64,000 bases of DNA, from IMG/VR virus record IMGVR_UViG_3300031555_001562; one strand, written 5' to 3'. Position numbers and translations under genes: made by a program. Position 1 is the first letter of the stretch, and every line of letters starts with the position of its first letter. This DNA comes from a virus (Duplodnaviria > Caudoviricetes). Below are positions 39,020-49,144 of the stretch, piece after piece. A model generated the notes under the pieces. The model was not told the origin of the DNA, ran no database searches, and worked only from the letters and a program-made list of their open reading frames with translations.

Positions 39020-39245
39020 GCTTATATGACTCCTTTTCCTTTTAGCCATTCCGCAGCGTCAAGCAGAATTGCAACTACGAACCATAGTCCAAGGCAGATT
39101 CCAAGGTCTGCCCATCCACTATGATCCCATCCAAGGATTGCGACAACACCATCAAGTAAATATCCTATAGAGACTGCGAATAAGACGCCAATTCCTGCGC
39201 ACAACAGAAGGTTAATTGCAGTTCTCAAAAACTTGATTACATGTT

Positions 39246-40088
39246 TCATGGCTCACCAACAAAAACCAGATCCTCGACATACTTTCTCCCGTCTCCCTTG
39301 AAGATAGGAATCTTTTTATCGATAATCCATTTAGGACGTTTATCTTCGTCTCCCTGAACCTTTATGCAACAGCTGCCACGCTTTTGATGTACAGGGAAAT
39401 CGTTCCAGTTGATACCCTTTTCCAGCATAAGCATGTCTTGCATCTGGCTCTGGGACTTGTTTTGTAACATTCCATGTGAGAAATGCGCCTGAGCTACCAT
39501 TTCCACGGAATTTCTGGTTGCATCATTCTGCCGCCACAAAACACAGTTGCAGACTTCTTCCTTTGGAATGTTGAACACACGTGCATCGAACAGAGCGCCC
39601 TTCTCAGCCGCCTTCTTGTATGCCTCGTAGTATTTGCCATTGTCCTCTTCTGAGAATGTAATATGATATCCAATCTCAGTAAGATCAATGTCAGTATTGA
39701 ACTCATAGAAAGCATTCAGATTTGCAACAAAGAATCTGTTGAACGCAAATGTAGCCATCGACGCAGCAATACTGCACATCTTCTGGATGTTGTTATCAAA
39801 CCATGCGCAGCTGTTGAGTTTCTTGTAATCCACCAGAACAAGTGTGATTTCGTCGGACTGTGTATAGCCCAAAACGCAACCTTGAATATTTTCGCATAGA
39901 TACTTCGTGGTATCCTGCATGGTGGAGATCAGCACTTCATCAAAAGGTCTTTTGAAACCTCTTGTGAAAGTGTGGAATGCCTTACCATCCAGCCGGATGA
40001 TTACTGGCATTCTGGGTACGAGATATGTACGGGTGATATACTCGTACTTTTTCATGCGATCACCCAGCGCATCTCTTTTCTTTGCCAT
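39246..40088 (-). CDS. tRNA(His) guanylyltransferase Thg1-like protein
   Basis: RMKKYE, RLDGKAFHTFT, YTQSDEI, FDAR, WRQNDATRNS and KRG motifs. Confidence 0.93.
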   Translation of the reverse strand: MAKKRDALGDRMKKYEYITRTYLVPRMPVIIRLDGKAFHTFTRGFKRPFDEVLISTMQDTTKYLCENIQGCVLGYTQSDEITLVLVDYKKLNSCAWFDNNIQKMCSIAASMATFAFNRFFVANLNAFYEFNTDIDLTEIGYHITFSEEDNGKYYEAYKKAAEKGALFDARVFNIPKEEVCNCVLWRQNDATRNSVEMVAQAHFSHGMLQNKSQSQMQDMLMLEKGINWNDFPVHQKRGSCCIKVQGDEDKRPKWIIDKKIPIFKGDGRKYVEDLVFVGEP

Positions 40089-40381
40089 ATATGCTCCTTA
40101 CGTTGTAAAGAATTCATCGACTATCGTCAGGTTCGCATTGACATCTAGAACCATATCCTTGACATAATCATTTTTGCATCTGCCCCTGTCCATCCTGAAA
40201 CAAAGAGGATTTGGTTCTGTTTCATCAACATAGTATTCTCTTCCGCAGTGATTGCATGTTTCTTTGGAATACCTATCGTCGGGAAGCTCTTTGAACTTAT
40301 AGAAATGTTGCCATGTCAAATTATATCTATTTTCATGTCCGCAGTTTGGACATCTCCAATAGCTAAAAACATCAACCCAAC

Positions 40382-41149
40382 TCATGTTTCAGCGGAATAA
40401 GGGAAAGATGGCATAAGCTCAAGCTTGAACTTGTTCTTCTCATGCATGCGGTCAATCTTTTCTTTTACAACTTCATCCTCGCATACGCCAGTACGAATGT
40501 ATTTATTCAGAACGGCATATGTAAAGCCAAAATTGTCTTCGTCAGTCTTACCACACAGACCATCAGCAGGAACCTTGTAGGCCAGATCATAAGGAAGACC
40601 ACATTCCACACCGATTGCCATAACCTCATCTGTGGTCAAATTTGACAGAGGGCTAAAATCACCGACACTATCACCATAACGAGTGGAATAGCCGATCCAA
40701 TCTTCTGACAGATTGCAAGTGTTGGCAACTCGTCCATTGCATGACTGAGATACAGCATAGAGCGTAACCATACGCAGACGTGCAGGAAGATTGATTCTGG
40801 TCTGCTCAGAAATATCGAACTTCATGTTCTGCGGATTCTTGCGATTATCGCAGATCCCACGATAAATACCATGTTCTGCATCATGGATATTGATCCACAC
40901 TCGCTTGATTCCAAGATGATCCACTACCGCAAGAGAATCATCGATATCTGCTTGTTCACCGTTGGGCATCAGAACTCCGATAACACGATCTTTACCCAGT
41001 GCTTCCACACACAGAGCAGCCACAACAGAGCTGTCCTTGCCACCGGAGATGCCGACGATAGCATTACATCCGTTACCGTTTTTCTCGAACCACTCACGGA
41101 TCCACTCAACGCACGCTTCCTTTACTTTCTTCACATCGAACTTGTACAT
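40382..41149 (-). CDS. nadE: NH3-dependent NAD+ synthetase
   Basis: GISGGKDSS, NLPARLRM, GYSTRYGD, PADGL and TDED motifs. Confidence 0.93.
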   Translation of the reverse strand: MYKFDVKKVKEACVEWIREWFEKNGNGCNAIVGISGGKDSSVVAALCVEALGKDRVIGVLMPNGEQADIDDSLAVVDHLGIKRVWINIHDAEHGIYRGICDNRKNPQNMKFDISEQTRINLPARLRMVTLYAVSQSCNGRVANTCNLSEDWIGYSTRYGDSVGDFSPLSNLTTDEVMAIGVECGLPYDLAYKVPADGLCGKTDEDNFGFTYAVLNKYIRTGVCEDEVVKEKIDRMHEKNKFKLELMPSFPYSAET

Positions 41150-41556
41150 AATTCAGATCTCACTCTCATTAGAATTCTGCCGAGTCTATTTTCACCAACT
41201 CCATGCACAGCGCCCCAAATACGGTCTCCCCAGGTATTACCCTCGACAAGAATCTCATCGCCTGTTGCCAGAAGCTTTGCTCGAAGATCAGGGTTTTGCT
41301 CGAACTTCGCCTTGCAAATTTCGTACATAACCTGGTCTTTGATCTGCTCCCAGTCTTCACGCAGCTGAACTTGTCTACCGAGTTTCTTTGCGTCAGATGG
41401 ATTCAGCTGGTGGAATTTCATGCGAATGAACTTATTGGTGGTCTTCTGTGCCTGAAATGCTGCTTCGTTATTTCTATAGGTGATGCCACCGTAAGTGACA
41501 TCACTCTCATAGAAATTACTCAGAAAGTAGAATTCGCCTTTGAACTCTCCAATCAT
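41131..41556 (-). CDS. NADAR (YbiA-like) family protein
   Basis: FLSNFY, EAAFQAQK, AKKLGR, KFEQN, LVEGN, WG and GENRLG motifs. Confidence 0.93.
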   Translation of the reverse strand: MIGEFKGEFYFLSNFYESDVTYGGITYRNNEAAFQAQKTTNKFIRMKFHQLNPSDAKKLGRQVQLREDWEQIKDQVMYEICKAKFEQNPDLRAKLLATGDEILVEGNTWGDRIWGAVHGVGENRLGRILMRVRSELCTSSM

Positions 41557-43082
41557 CAGAATTTGCCTCCATTCAGGTTTGCACGGACTTCCTGCAAGGT
41601 GTATTCCTTTACCATCTTGCCGTCCTTGAAAACAGTCTTCAGCTGGTTATCAGGATCATTGACTGCCTGTTCCCAGGTATAACCGTCCTCAAATACGTAT
41701 TCGCCATTGTTATCCAGATGGACAACACAGCATCCCTTCTGGGACTTCTTGAAGCCACCATCCTTGGGATTTTTGAAAATCGGATGGGGATCGCCGTTGA
41801 TCTCGCAGTAGGTAGCCTTGATGCAGAAGCTGAAGGTATCTCTGGTAAAAGGCTTCAACAGCTTGACCTTTCCAGTAACTTTGGTTCCGTCTTCCAAGGT
41901 AACAGTAACGTCATCAACTTCCTCAATGCACTGCATGGAGAAAGAACCAACACCCAGAGCAACATTGGAACATGCAAAGCCATTCTCCATCAGAATCTGA
42001 TAGATCTCTTCGCAACGCTGAACGGTGATGCTATCACCATAGATTGCCTTAACATGGGGATCCAACACCTTGTAGCCCTTGGAATTGATAGTGCCGCCAA
42101 ACTGATCCCAAAGCTTGAAAACAGTCTTAGTAACAACTTCAACACAATCACCGGAGTCGCCACGCATGAGCATACAACCGTTATGGTTCATGATTTCTTC
42201 CTTGGTCTGGGGCAGAACATTGTCAATAATGTTCCAATAGTCATAGGAATCCAGAACGGCAGAGAAACTTGTGTTGGGATAGATTTCGGTCAACAGACGC
42301 TTCAGAAGCGTAACCTCATCGCCGTCAACCGCATAGTTGGAACACATGACGGAATGTTCGGTACTGGGGCTACCAAATGCAACCGGCTCTTTGGTGCAGT
42401 CACAGTTATACATTTCCTCCAGATAGGGAATTGTTGGTACGGTTGCGGTATTCAGGAAAGACAGACACCATGCAGCGCCAGCCTTAGTTGCAGAATCCAG
42501 GCATTCCTCGCCACGGAAGTCAAATGCGCCCAAAGCTCTTGCACGAGGCACATTATCATCACAGGTCAGATCATAATACTTGTTTACGATCTGGCGGTAA
42601 GTATGGCCTACGGTTGCAACGATCATGGGATGCCAAATTTCAGCAGACAGTAGACTCTCAAGAGCCTGGGGAAGCCACGCAAAGTCCGGATGGGTATTGG
42701 TAATACCGAACATGGGAACATGCATGGGAACCATAGTGCCTTCAGGAAGTGCAACGATTTCGATGGGCAGATATCCCAGCTTGTGCAGCTTAGAAATCTT
42801 TTCAATTCCATACACATTCTTGCCCAGAGCGGCATCCATGACTCTGGTATAGCTTTCGATAACTTCATCGTGGGACTTCTCGAAGAACTCGGTGTTGAAG
42901 TAGTCGATCAGATAGGTTTTACAAAATGCCTGGAGGATGAACATGACCATCTTATCCCAGCGGTTAACTCTGCCCATTCTGGGAGTTGCATAGGACATGG
43001 ATTTAGTCATATTCTTTGGGAGCATTTCTGCATGAACGCCCTTGTAAAAGTCGATCAGCAGATTGGGATTAGTTCGCATCAT
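41556..43082 (-). CDS. Nicotinamide/nicotinate phosphoribosyltransferase-like protein (NAMPT/Namat-like)
   Basis: LIDFYK, FDFRG, TEHSVM, DSYD, RGDSGD, IYGDSIT, TRDT and KKSQKG motifs. Confidence 0.9.
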   Translation of the reverse strand: MMRTNPNLLIDFYKGVHAEMLPKNMTKSMSYATPRMGRVNRWDKMVMFILQAFCKTYLIDYFNTEFFEKSHDEVIESYTRVMDAALGKNVYGIEKISKLHKLGYLPIEIVALPEGTMVPMHVPMFGITNTHPDFAWLPQALESLLSAEIWHPMIVATVGHTYRQIVNKYYDLTCDDNVPRARALGAFDFRGEECLDSATKAGAAWCLSFLNTATVPTIPYLEEMYNCDCTKEPVAFGSPSTEHSVMCSNYAVDGDEVTLLKRLLTEIYPNTSFSAVLDSYDYWNIIDNVLPQTKEEIMNHNGCMLMRGDSGDCVEVVTKTVFKLWDQFGGTINSKGYKVLDPHVKAIYGDSITVQRCEEIYQILMENGFACSNVALGVGSFSMQCIEEVDDVTVTLEDGTKVTGKVKLLKPFTRDTFSFCIKATYCEINGDPHPIFKNPKDGGFKKSQKGCCVVHLDNNGEYVFEDGYTWEQAVNDPDNQLKTVFKDGKMVKEYTLQEVRANLNGGKF

Positions 43083-43917
43083 AGTTCATTACCTCGATCT
43101 TTTCGTGTTCTTTGGTGAAAATGCTGTTTGTGGTAAAAACACGGTCAACGAGTCCACTGGTCAGCAGCTCGCCGTCCAGAATTGTGTTCTCGCAGTGAGA
43201 AACATACAGATAGATTTCTTTTGCGCCCAGTTCCTTCAGCTTCTTTGCGCTATGGTAGAACGTACCGCCACGGCTGCAAATGTCATCGACGATCAGAATG
43301 CGCTTTCCGGCAATCATATCAGTCATACCGGACACATCCAGACCATTGATCTTTCCAGTAGACCAGTCACGCTTTTTGATGCCGAAAGCATACGGAATAT
43401 TAAACATGCTGGAATATCTCTTCATTGCGCCCTCATCGGGGTAGAACATCATGAGATCATTTTCGCCGGATGCAGACTTCAGCTTGTCGATTACGTTTTC
43501 AACCAACTTCTTCGGAGTGCGGATCTTGATTCTGTCAATGAGTGCTTCACTCACAGAAGAATGGGGATCCAGAACTTCAACGGAAGTAAAATCCAGCCAG
43601 TTAATGACTTCCGCAAAGCTCTTCAGAGTGAACACATCCTCTTCACTCTTAACTCTGTCCTGCCGTGCATTAGGAATGTACGGCATCTTCAGGCAGATAT
43701 TTGTGATTCCATTTCTTCTCAGATGTTTCGTGACATGGATCAGCGCCACCAGCTCTGCGTCATTCTCGTACAGCCATGTGATAGTAGCACGAGAAATATT
43801 AGTGGGGAAAGCCAGAGGCCAGAAACCATATGCCATTTCCGGACGCATCTTAATCAGCATAGTACCATCGGGGAACTTGCCAATATTTACTTCACGATCA
43901 TTTCCGAAAAGCAACAT
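43069..43917 (-). CDS. PRPP synthetase-like protein (Prs/Adps-like)
   Basis: FPDG, PYIPNARQDR, LDPHS, PDEGA, KKRD and IVDDICSRGGTF motifs. Confidence 0.9.
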   Translation of the reverse strand: MLLFGNDREVNIGKFPDGTMLIKMRPEMAYGFWPLAFPTNISRATITWLYENDAELVALIHVTKHLRRNGITNICLKMPYIPNARQDRVKSEEDVFTLKSFAEVINWLDFTSVEVLDPHSSVSEALIDRIKIRTPKKLVENVIDKLKSASGENDLMMFYPDEGAMKRYSSMFNIPYAFGIKKRDWSTGKINGLDVSGMTDMIAGKRILIVDDICSRGGTFYHSAKKLKELGAKEIYLYVSHCENTILDGELLTSGLVDRVFTTNSIFTKEHEKIEVMNYDAN

Positions 43918-43921
43918 TGCA

Positions 43922-44449
43922 TTAACCTCCGATGATGTCGATCTGGCACATGTTCATGGTATGCAGAGCTGCCTGATGGGTCTGTGGAGTAACACCAGCG
44001 CAGCAGGATGCATCCACGGCAATGTCGGTCTCAGGGTAGTTTGCCTTCAGAAGCATTGCATTGGATACAACGCAGATATCGGTGCAAAGACCGACCAGCT
44101 CGATGTACTCATAGCCGAGGCCACGAATGATCTCAGGAAGTGCAGTGCTGCCGAAAGTCAGCTTGTTCAGAGAAGCAACATGGTTGGGATGTTTCACCAG
44201 GGCGGCAAACACGTCACCATTGATCTTATGACCGTCAGTATTCTCAATGCAGTGAGAAACAGGCAGATTCTTGCCTTCTCTGGTTTCCATATAGTTGTTG
44301 AAGTGGGTATCCTGAGTAGTGATGATGTCACCATCCCAGTTGTTAATCTTTGCGATAACATTGGGAACGATTGCAACTGCCTCAGCAGTACCCAGGGAGC
44401 CGTCGATGAAGTCGTTCTGCATATCGACTACGACCAAAAGTTTCTTCAT
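43922..44449 (-). CDS. pncA: Nicotinamidase / isochorismatase-family cysteine hydrolase
   Basis: VVDMQNDF, DTH, HC, K-x-TFGS and GLCTDICV motifs. Confidence 0.88.
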   Translation of the reverse strand: MKKLLVVVDMQNDFIDGSLGTAEAVAIVPNVIAKINNWDGDIITTQDTHFNNYMETREGKNLPVSHCIENTDGHKINGDVFAALVKHPNHVASLNKLTFGSTALPEIIRGLGYEYIELVGLCTDICVVSNAMLLKANYPETDIAVDASCCAGVTPQTHQAALHTMNMCQIDIIGG

Positions 44450-45067
44450 AATTATTCTCCTTCACTGTTATTATCAAAGCTGTTAATCAGCTGAGTGACA
44501 TATTCAATGTGGTTCTTTGCTCTTGTTGTTTCTGCTTCCCATTCTCCTTTTGCAGTAAGAACTCTCTTTTCGCAGAATTTGATCTGTCGATCAATGTACG
44601 CACGCACGGCCTCTTCGCTCACATCAAGAACCGCAATTGATTCTCGTTTGTACATATCGATTATCTCAGCCGGGATCATAGAAATTCTGATCTGCTTGAG
44701 TGCAAATTCTTTCAGTCCCTTATGCTCATCGGTGGGCGGAACCCAGGCAATTACCTTGTCTCTCATTGCTGAAAGACGGCGATTGGTTTCTTCATACTCT
44801 CCGAGTATCCTCAGTGCATCATCGACATTCTTCTTGTGGTCTGCTTCCATTTCAGCACGAGCTTCCTCAATAGTCAGCTTCTGTGCAATGTCAAGATTTG
44901 TGACCGCCTTTTCATACTTATCCAGAAAAGAATCGGAAAAGTCCTGGCAGTCAGCACCGCCTACGCAGATGACGAGAAAATCTTTCAGCGAGGTTACTTC
45001 TCCGGATTCAACTCCTGATGTATAAGAAGTCATACTCAACATCTCCTTCGTCTTGAATTTTATGTAA

Positions 45068-45718
45068 TCAATCAAAAAGTTGCGTCAGAACTCTTGGGGC
45101 ATACTTTCTGTTACCCAGTTCTGCAATCGCATTTTTGATATCAATCATCATATCAGATGTGATTTTGCACTCTCCTAGCTGATTGATTACAGATAATTCA
45201 TCTTTGATCTTTCTGCGCTTTCTCAGCCGGTTCTGTAGCATAGTGAATGCAAGCCATCCCTGATATGCATTGAACTTACCGAACTCAATGTAGTGGTTTA
45301 TATCTGAGATTTCCTTATCGACCTCACTCAATAGACCAACAAGTTCTTCCTTACGTTTTTCGGCATCCATGACAAACTCAGTCAGTGCTTCAGCACCAGA
45401 CACCCATTTTTCCGTCTGACTCTCCACTGGTTTTTCACTTGCAATTGTCTTCACAACCTGATCTTTGTTGCTTGTACTATTTACTTCTCTGACAGTTGGC
45501 CTAATGGGAGCCGTTTCTTCTTCGATATCCACAACTTTGTATTTGCTGCGGATATTCTTGCCGATTGCGTTCTTCAACACATTTGCGGCTTTACATCTCT
45601 GTTCAAACCGCTCTGCAAAAGAAGCGTTCCGGACAGGAACATATTTGCCGGAGAATTCATCCTTGCGTATGTATGATCCGTGTCCATCGGTAATCACGTA
45701 GAATATCAACTCGACCAC
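45068..45718 (-). CDS. Hypothetical coiled-coil phage protein, paralog of 52730..53359
   Basis: Shared pattern D..DI.H..EF...G...RR..KD...Y.PRVL. Confidence 0.6.
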   Translation of the reverse strand: MVELIFYVITDGHGSYIRKDEFSGKYVPVRNASFAERFEQRCKAANVLKNAIGKNIRSKYKVVDIEEETAPIRPTVREVNSTSNKDQVVKTIASEKPVESQTEKWVSGAEALTEFVMDAEKRKEELVGLLSEVDKEISDINHYIEFGKFNAYQGWLAFTMLQNRLRKRRKIKDELSVINQLGECKITSDMMIDIKNAIAELGNRKYAPRVLTQLFD

Positions 45719-45793
45719 TCCTTTTGTATTCTACTTTGTTGGGTATTCTTTTACCGTTTAAGCATAGGCCGCTTTCGCAGCCTATACTATCAA

Positions 45794-46777
45794 TCAAATA
45801 AACTGAACCAAGTTCCGTTTTAGGTATGTCATATTTTCGATGACCAGACCGTAGTCATTCATGACCGCAGCCAGATCGCTGACATCCTTGGAAACTCTGA
45901 CGGAAGTGATAATCTCCTTTGTACGCTCTTCGCCGTAACGTTTTACGAGTGTATCATAGAAGCCCAGCAAGTACAACTTCCGGTATCCGATATCAACTCC
46001 GAACTCTTTAGACACTTTGGTAAACAAAGTTGTATTGATCTTTCTGCCAAGATAGGTGAGATCCTTGTTCTGGAACTCATCAGATTCAGCCGGTCTGACA
46101 ACAAACTTGAAGTATCCGTTATGCCAAGTCATCATGTAGAAGTTGCCACGCATACCTTCCATCTCCTGCATATCGTGGACAGAAGTCAGCAACTCAAAGC
46201 ATCGATCAGTCAGCTTAATGGTTCTTCCGGGAAGACGCACTTCCTTTTTGCGGAAATTGATCTGATCTTCTTTCAAGTTAGCAATCTCTTGCGCTTCAGC
46301 AAAGCCATCATAGAACAGTCTGATAATCAGCTCATAGTAATCGGCATGCTCACGATCATACAAACCGTGAAGCTTTTCAATGATTTCCTCAAGCTGCTTA
46401 TAAGTAAACCGATCCTTGTTGTCTGCCAGCAATGCATCTGCCTGGATACCTTTGAACTTCGCACTATGGAATGGGTTCTTAATGACTTCAAAGTTGTCAA
46501 TATAGAACTGGAAGATAAGTCTGAAGTTGGAAACATACTTCTTGAATGTGCCACTACCAACCTTGAGTCCTTCACGTACTGCGGACTTCTTGTTGTTGAA
46601 CGTGCAAATCATTGCAAACAATTCCTCTTCGTTCATTTCGACGAGCTGCTTGCCAATCTTGATTTCATATGCATACACTTCGGGGCGATCAACCTGGGGT
46701 CTCGTTTTGCGAACAGTTTCAGGATCCTTGCCCTCAAAAAACTTATCGAATAATTCCTGTGTTGAGATAACAGCCAT
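45794..46777 (-). CDS. Tyrosine-recombinase-fold protein, probably catalytically inactive
   Basis: LIIRLFYDG...EIANLKEDQINF resembles integrase box I, but the canonical R, HxxR and Y residues are not evident. Confidence 0.5.
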   Translation of the reverse strand: MAVISTQELFDKFFEGKDPETVRKTRPQVDRPEVYAYEIKIGKQLVEMNEEELFAMICTFNNKKSAVREGLKVGSGTFKKYVSNFRLIFQFYIDNFEVIKNPFHSAKFKGIQADALLADNKDRFTYKQLEEIIEKLHGLYDREHADYYELIIRLFYDGFAEAQEIANLKEDQINFRKKEVRLPGRTIKLTDRCFELLTSVHDMQEMEGMRGNFYMMTWHNGYFKFVVRPAESDEFQNKDLTYLGRKINTTLFTKVSKEFGVDIGYRKLYLLGFYDTLVKRYGEERTKEIITSVRVSKDVSDLAAVMNDYGLVIENMTYLKRNLVQFI

Positions 46778-46844
46778 AACAATCCCTCCGTTCATCTCAT
46801 TTTACCAACGTTTTACGGTTTTGTCAAGAACATTATTGCGTATA

Positions 46845-47234
46845 TTAAACCGCAATAACAGGGAATTGAACCCTCATAGCCCTACTAATATCTCCAAGTA
46901 CATTCTTGTCAAGGATTTTCCCGATATACTTATCCAGACTAGAAAGCGCAACTGTCGTGGTCTGCTCCACCATCAAAGTGCTTGGCGCTTTCAGGCCGTA
47001 TCTCTGATAGTTCCAGAGTTCCACATGCACGGGAAGCTTGCGTTTATTCATCTTGGTGGTAATCGGAATGATATTGATAGTTGGACTATATGTATTGTTC
47101 TTATCGTTGGATACGATGAACACAGGTCTATAGCCGCTCTGGATGCTTCCTTCACTCTCGGAAAGATTGCACATCCAAATCTCACCGCATTTAGGGCGAG
47201 ACTTTTCGATTGTAGGATTGTTAGTGTTTAGCAT
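46845..47234 (-). CDS. mazF: MazF/PemK-family endoribonuclease toxin, no cognate antitoxin recognised
   Basis: GEIWMCNL...GSIQSGYRPVFIVSND...IIPITT...LPVHV...EQ motifs. Confidence 0.88.
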   Translation of the reverse strand: MLNTNNPTIEKSRPKCGEIWMCNLSESEGSIQSGYRPVFIVSNDKNNTYSPTINIIPITTKMNKRKLPVHVELWNYQRYGLKAPSTLMVEQTTTVALSSLDKYIGKILDKNVLGDISRAMRVQFPVIAV

Positions 47235-47536
47235 ATACTATCCCGTCCTCATAGATATAAAACGTATGTAATACGATTATTACCAGAACGGGCAGTATTC
47301 AAACTTTGTCGGATGGATTGATTGATTTATCTCTTTATTTGCTAGGTGGTCAGTTCTCCTAGCCACATATCCAAACCCTGTTTAATTGTTGTATCCGGGC
47401 AATAGAATAAATCATTGTCCTTCCATCCGGCCTTTTGCGCCGCAATGGTCATAATCTGCTGGAAACGCAGTTCGGGATGAACTTGGTGGATTGCCCGAAC
47501 ATTGCTGAAAATTGTCTCAAACATCATAAAACCTTC

Positions 47537-48487
47537 TTACTTCTTTAATTGATCGACCATTGCCATCAGCTGCGTAATTGCATCAACATGAGCCATCACG
47601 TCCACATTGTCCGCATTGGTTCTGCCAGCTTCATATGCAGCCTTGATGATATCTCTGAGATCATTGGCCTCAAGACTCAGGATAAAGCTATTGGACACAT
47701 CCTGATATTCTCTGTCACCAATGATATAGTCTTCGAAGAAGTCACCCATATCATCATAGTATTTATCGACCTTCTGCTTGGTTAAACCGATGTAGTGCTT
47801 GGTTGTTTTCACATCGGAATGGTTGAAGATAGTTTGCAGAATCTCCATGCTGTCATAATCGCCAGGGTGGAGCATTCTGTTCATCATGCCAAAAGTCTTT
47901 CTGGGGCTATGAGTTCCGACATTATATTCGATACCCAGATCAGCGGCAGCTTTCTTGACATTCTTGTAGTAACAACTCTCAGACATCACTCTGCCCTTGT
48001 AGTTACCGGAAAGCTGCATACAAATAGGAACGGAGTAGTTTTCCTTCGCAGGATCACATCCTGTTTCCTTGAGATACAGCTGGATCGCAGATCTGCATGC
48101 AGAATTAATCTTAGGATTTGCCAGCTTATCAGTCTTCTCTTCTGCGAATTCCAGAAGATTGACTCTGAGCTGCCCGGTGACGGGATTGAAGAAGTTCTCC
48201 CAAGTCAAACTCAGGGTATCTCCAACTCGTCTTGCCATGTTGCAACTCAGAACAAAGATCATGTAGCACAACCACTTCTCATTGTCACGGAAATAAGCAG
48301 TGATCTTCTTCATGTCTTCAATCTCAAGGTGGTAGACTTCAGACTTCTTGCCTTTCTGCTTGTTCTGACAGATCTTCTTAGGAGTACCATCCTTTTTCAG
48401 TTTCGGTTTGCTCTCAACGACTTGCAGCTTAATTGCCGGATCGGGATTACCAGCGCAATTGGCCTGAACCAGAGATAACACCGCCAT
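47537..48487 (-). CDS. Tyrosine recombinase/integrase
   Basis: ARRVGDTLSL (R), EEKT (K), THSPRKTFG (HxxR) and NHS...TKHYIG (H, Y); start taken at MAVLSL. Confidence 0.9.
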   Translation of the reverse strand: MAVLSLVQANCAGNPDPAIKLQVVESKPKLKKDGTPKKICQNKQKGKKSEVYHLEIEDMKKITAYFRDNEKWLCYMIFVLSCNMARRVGDTLSLTWENFFNPVTGQLRVNLLEFAEEKTDKLANPKINSACRSAIQLYLKETGCDPAKENYSVPICMQLSGNYKGRVMSESCYYKNVKKAAADLGIEYNVGTHSPRKTFGMMNRMLHPGDYDSMEILQTIFNHSDVKTTKHYIGLTKQKVDKYYDDMGDFFEDYIIGDREYQDVSNSFILSLEANDLRDIIKAAYEAGRTNADNVDVMAHVDAITQLMAMVDQLKK

Positions 48488-48509
48488 ACATTTCCCTCCA
48501 ATCTTTTGT

Positions 48510-48576
48510 GGTAAGTTGGTTACTACTTGGATTATACCATATCGTCCATTGTTTGTCAACAATTATTTTGTTGGGT
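48510..48576 (-). promoter_or_regulatory. sigmaA promoter with GTAA-N5-TTAC operator at +1
   Basis: TTGACA (48559-54), 17-nt spacer, TATAAT (48536-31); palindrome at 48511-23. Confidence 0.75.
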
Positions 48577-49080
48577 TTTCTTTGTTGTGATGAATTACTC
48601 TTGTATAAGAAGCTAACACAACTTCATCAAGGATCATTTCAGATCCACAATTGGGGCAGAATTTCCTTACCCCCGTACTGCCACAGAACGGGCATTCCAG
48701 ACCATCCAGATAACTCACAACGGGATCACCGTCTGAATCACAGTACGTTATGTAGTGCGGATTAGGTTTACCACGCTTCGGTGCTGCCGACTTCTTCCCG
48801 GCCTCGTAACCATTCTTGTACGCCTCTTCAGCAACGGTGTACTTATCCATAGATTAACCTCCAACGGTTTTACCGTTCCACTTCCAACAGTTCTTCTTGT
48901 TGGTGCATCCAGGACACGTCTCGTCGAACTCATACAAGCACTGATCGCAGCCGCTGCTATGGTTCAACACATACTGACCGAATGCGATCTCCATGTCTGC
49001 AAGTTTGGCCTTTAGTGCCTCGTTCTCTTCCCGAAGCCGTGTGATAATTGCTTCATCCATTGTTTTCCCTCCGATCAATT

Positions 49081-49144
49081 AGTAACTCATTTACTAATGG
49101 TATTATAGCAGATCACCATGTATTTGTCAACTACTTTGTTGCGT
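49081..49144 (-). promoter_or_regulatory. sigmaA promoter with GTAA-N5-TTAC operator and ACGCAACAAAG motif
   Basis: TTGACA (49130-25), 17-nt spacer, TATAAT (49107-02); palindrome at 49082-94. Confidence 0.8.
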
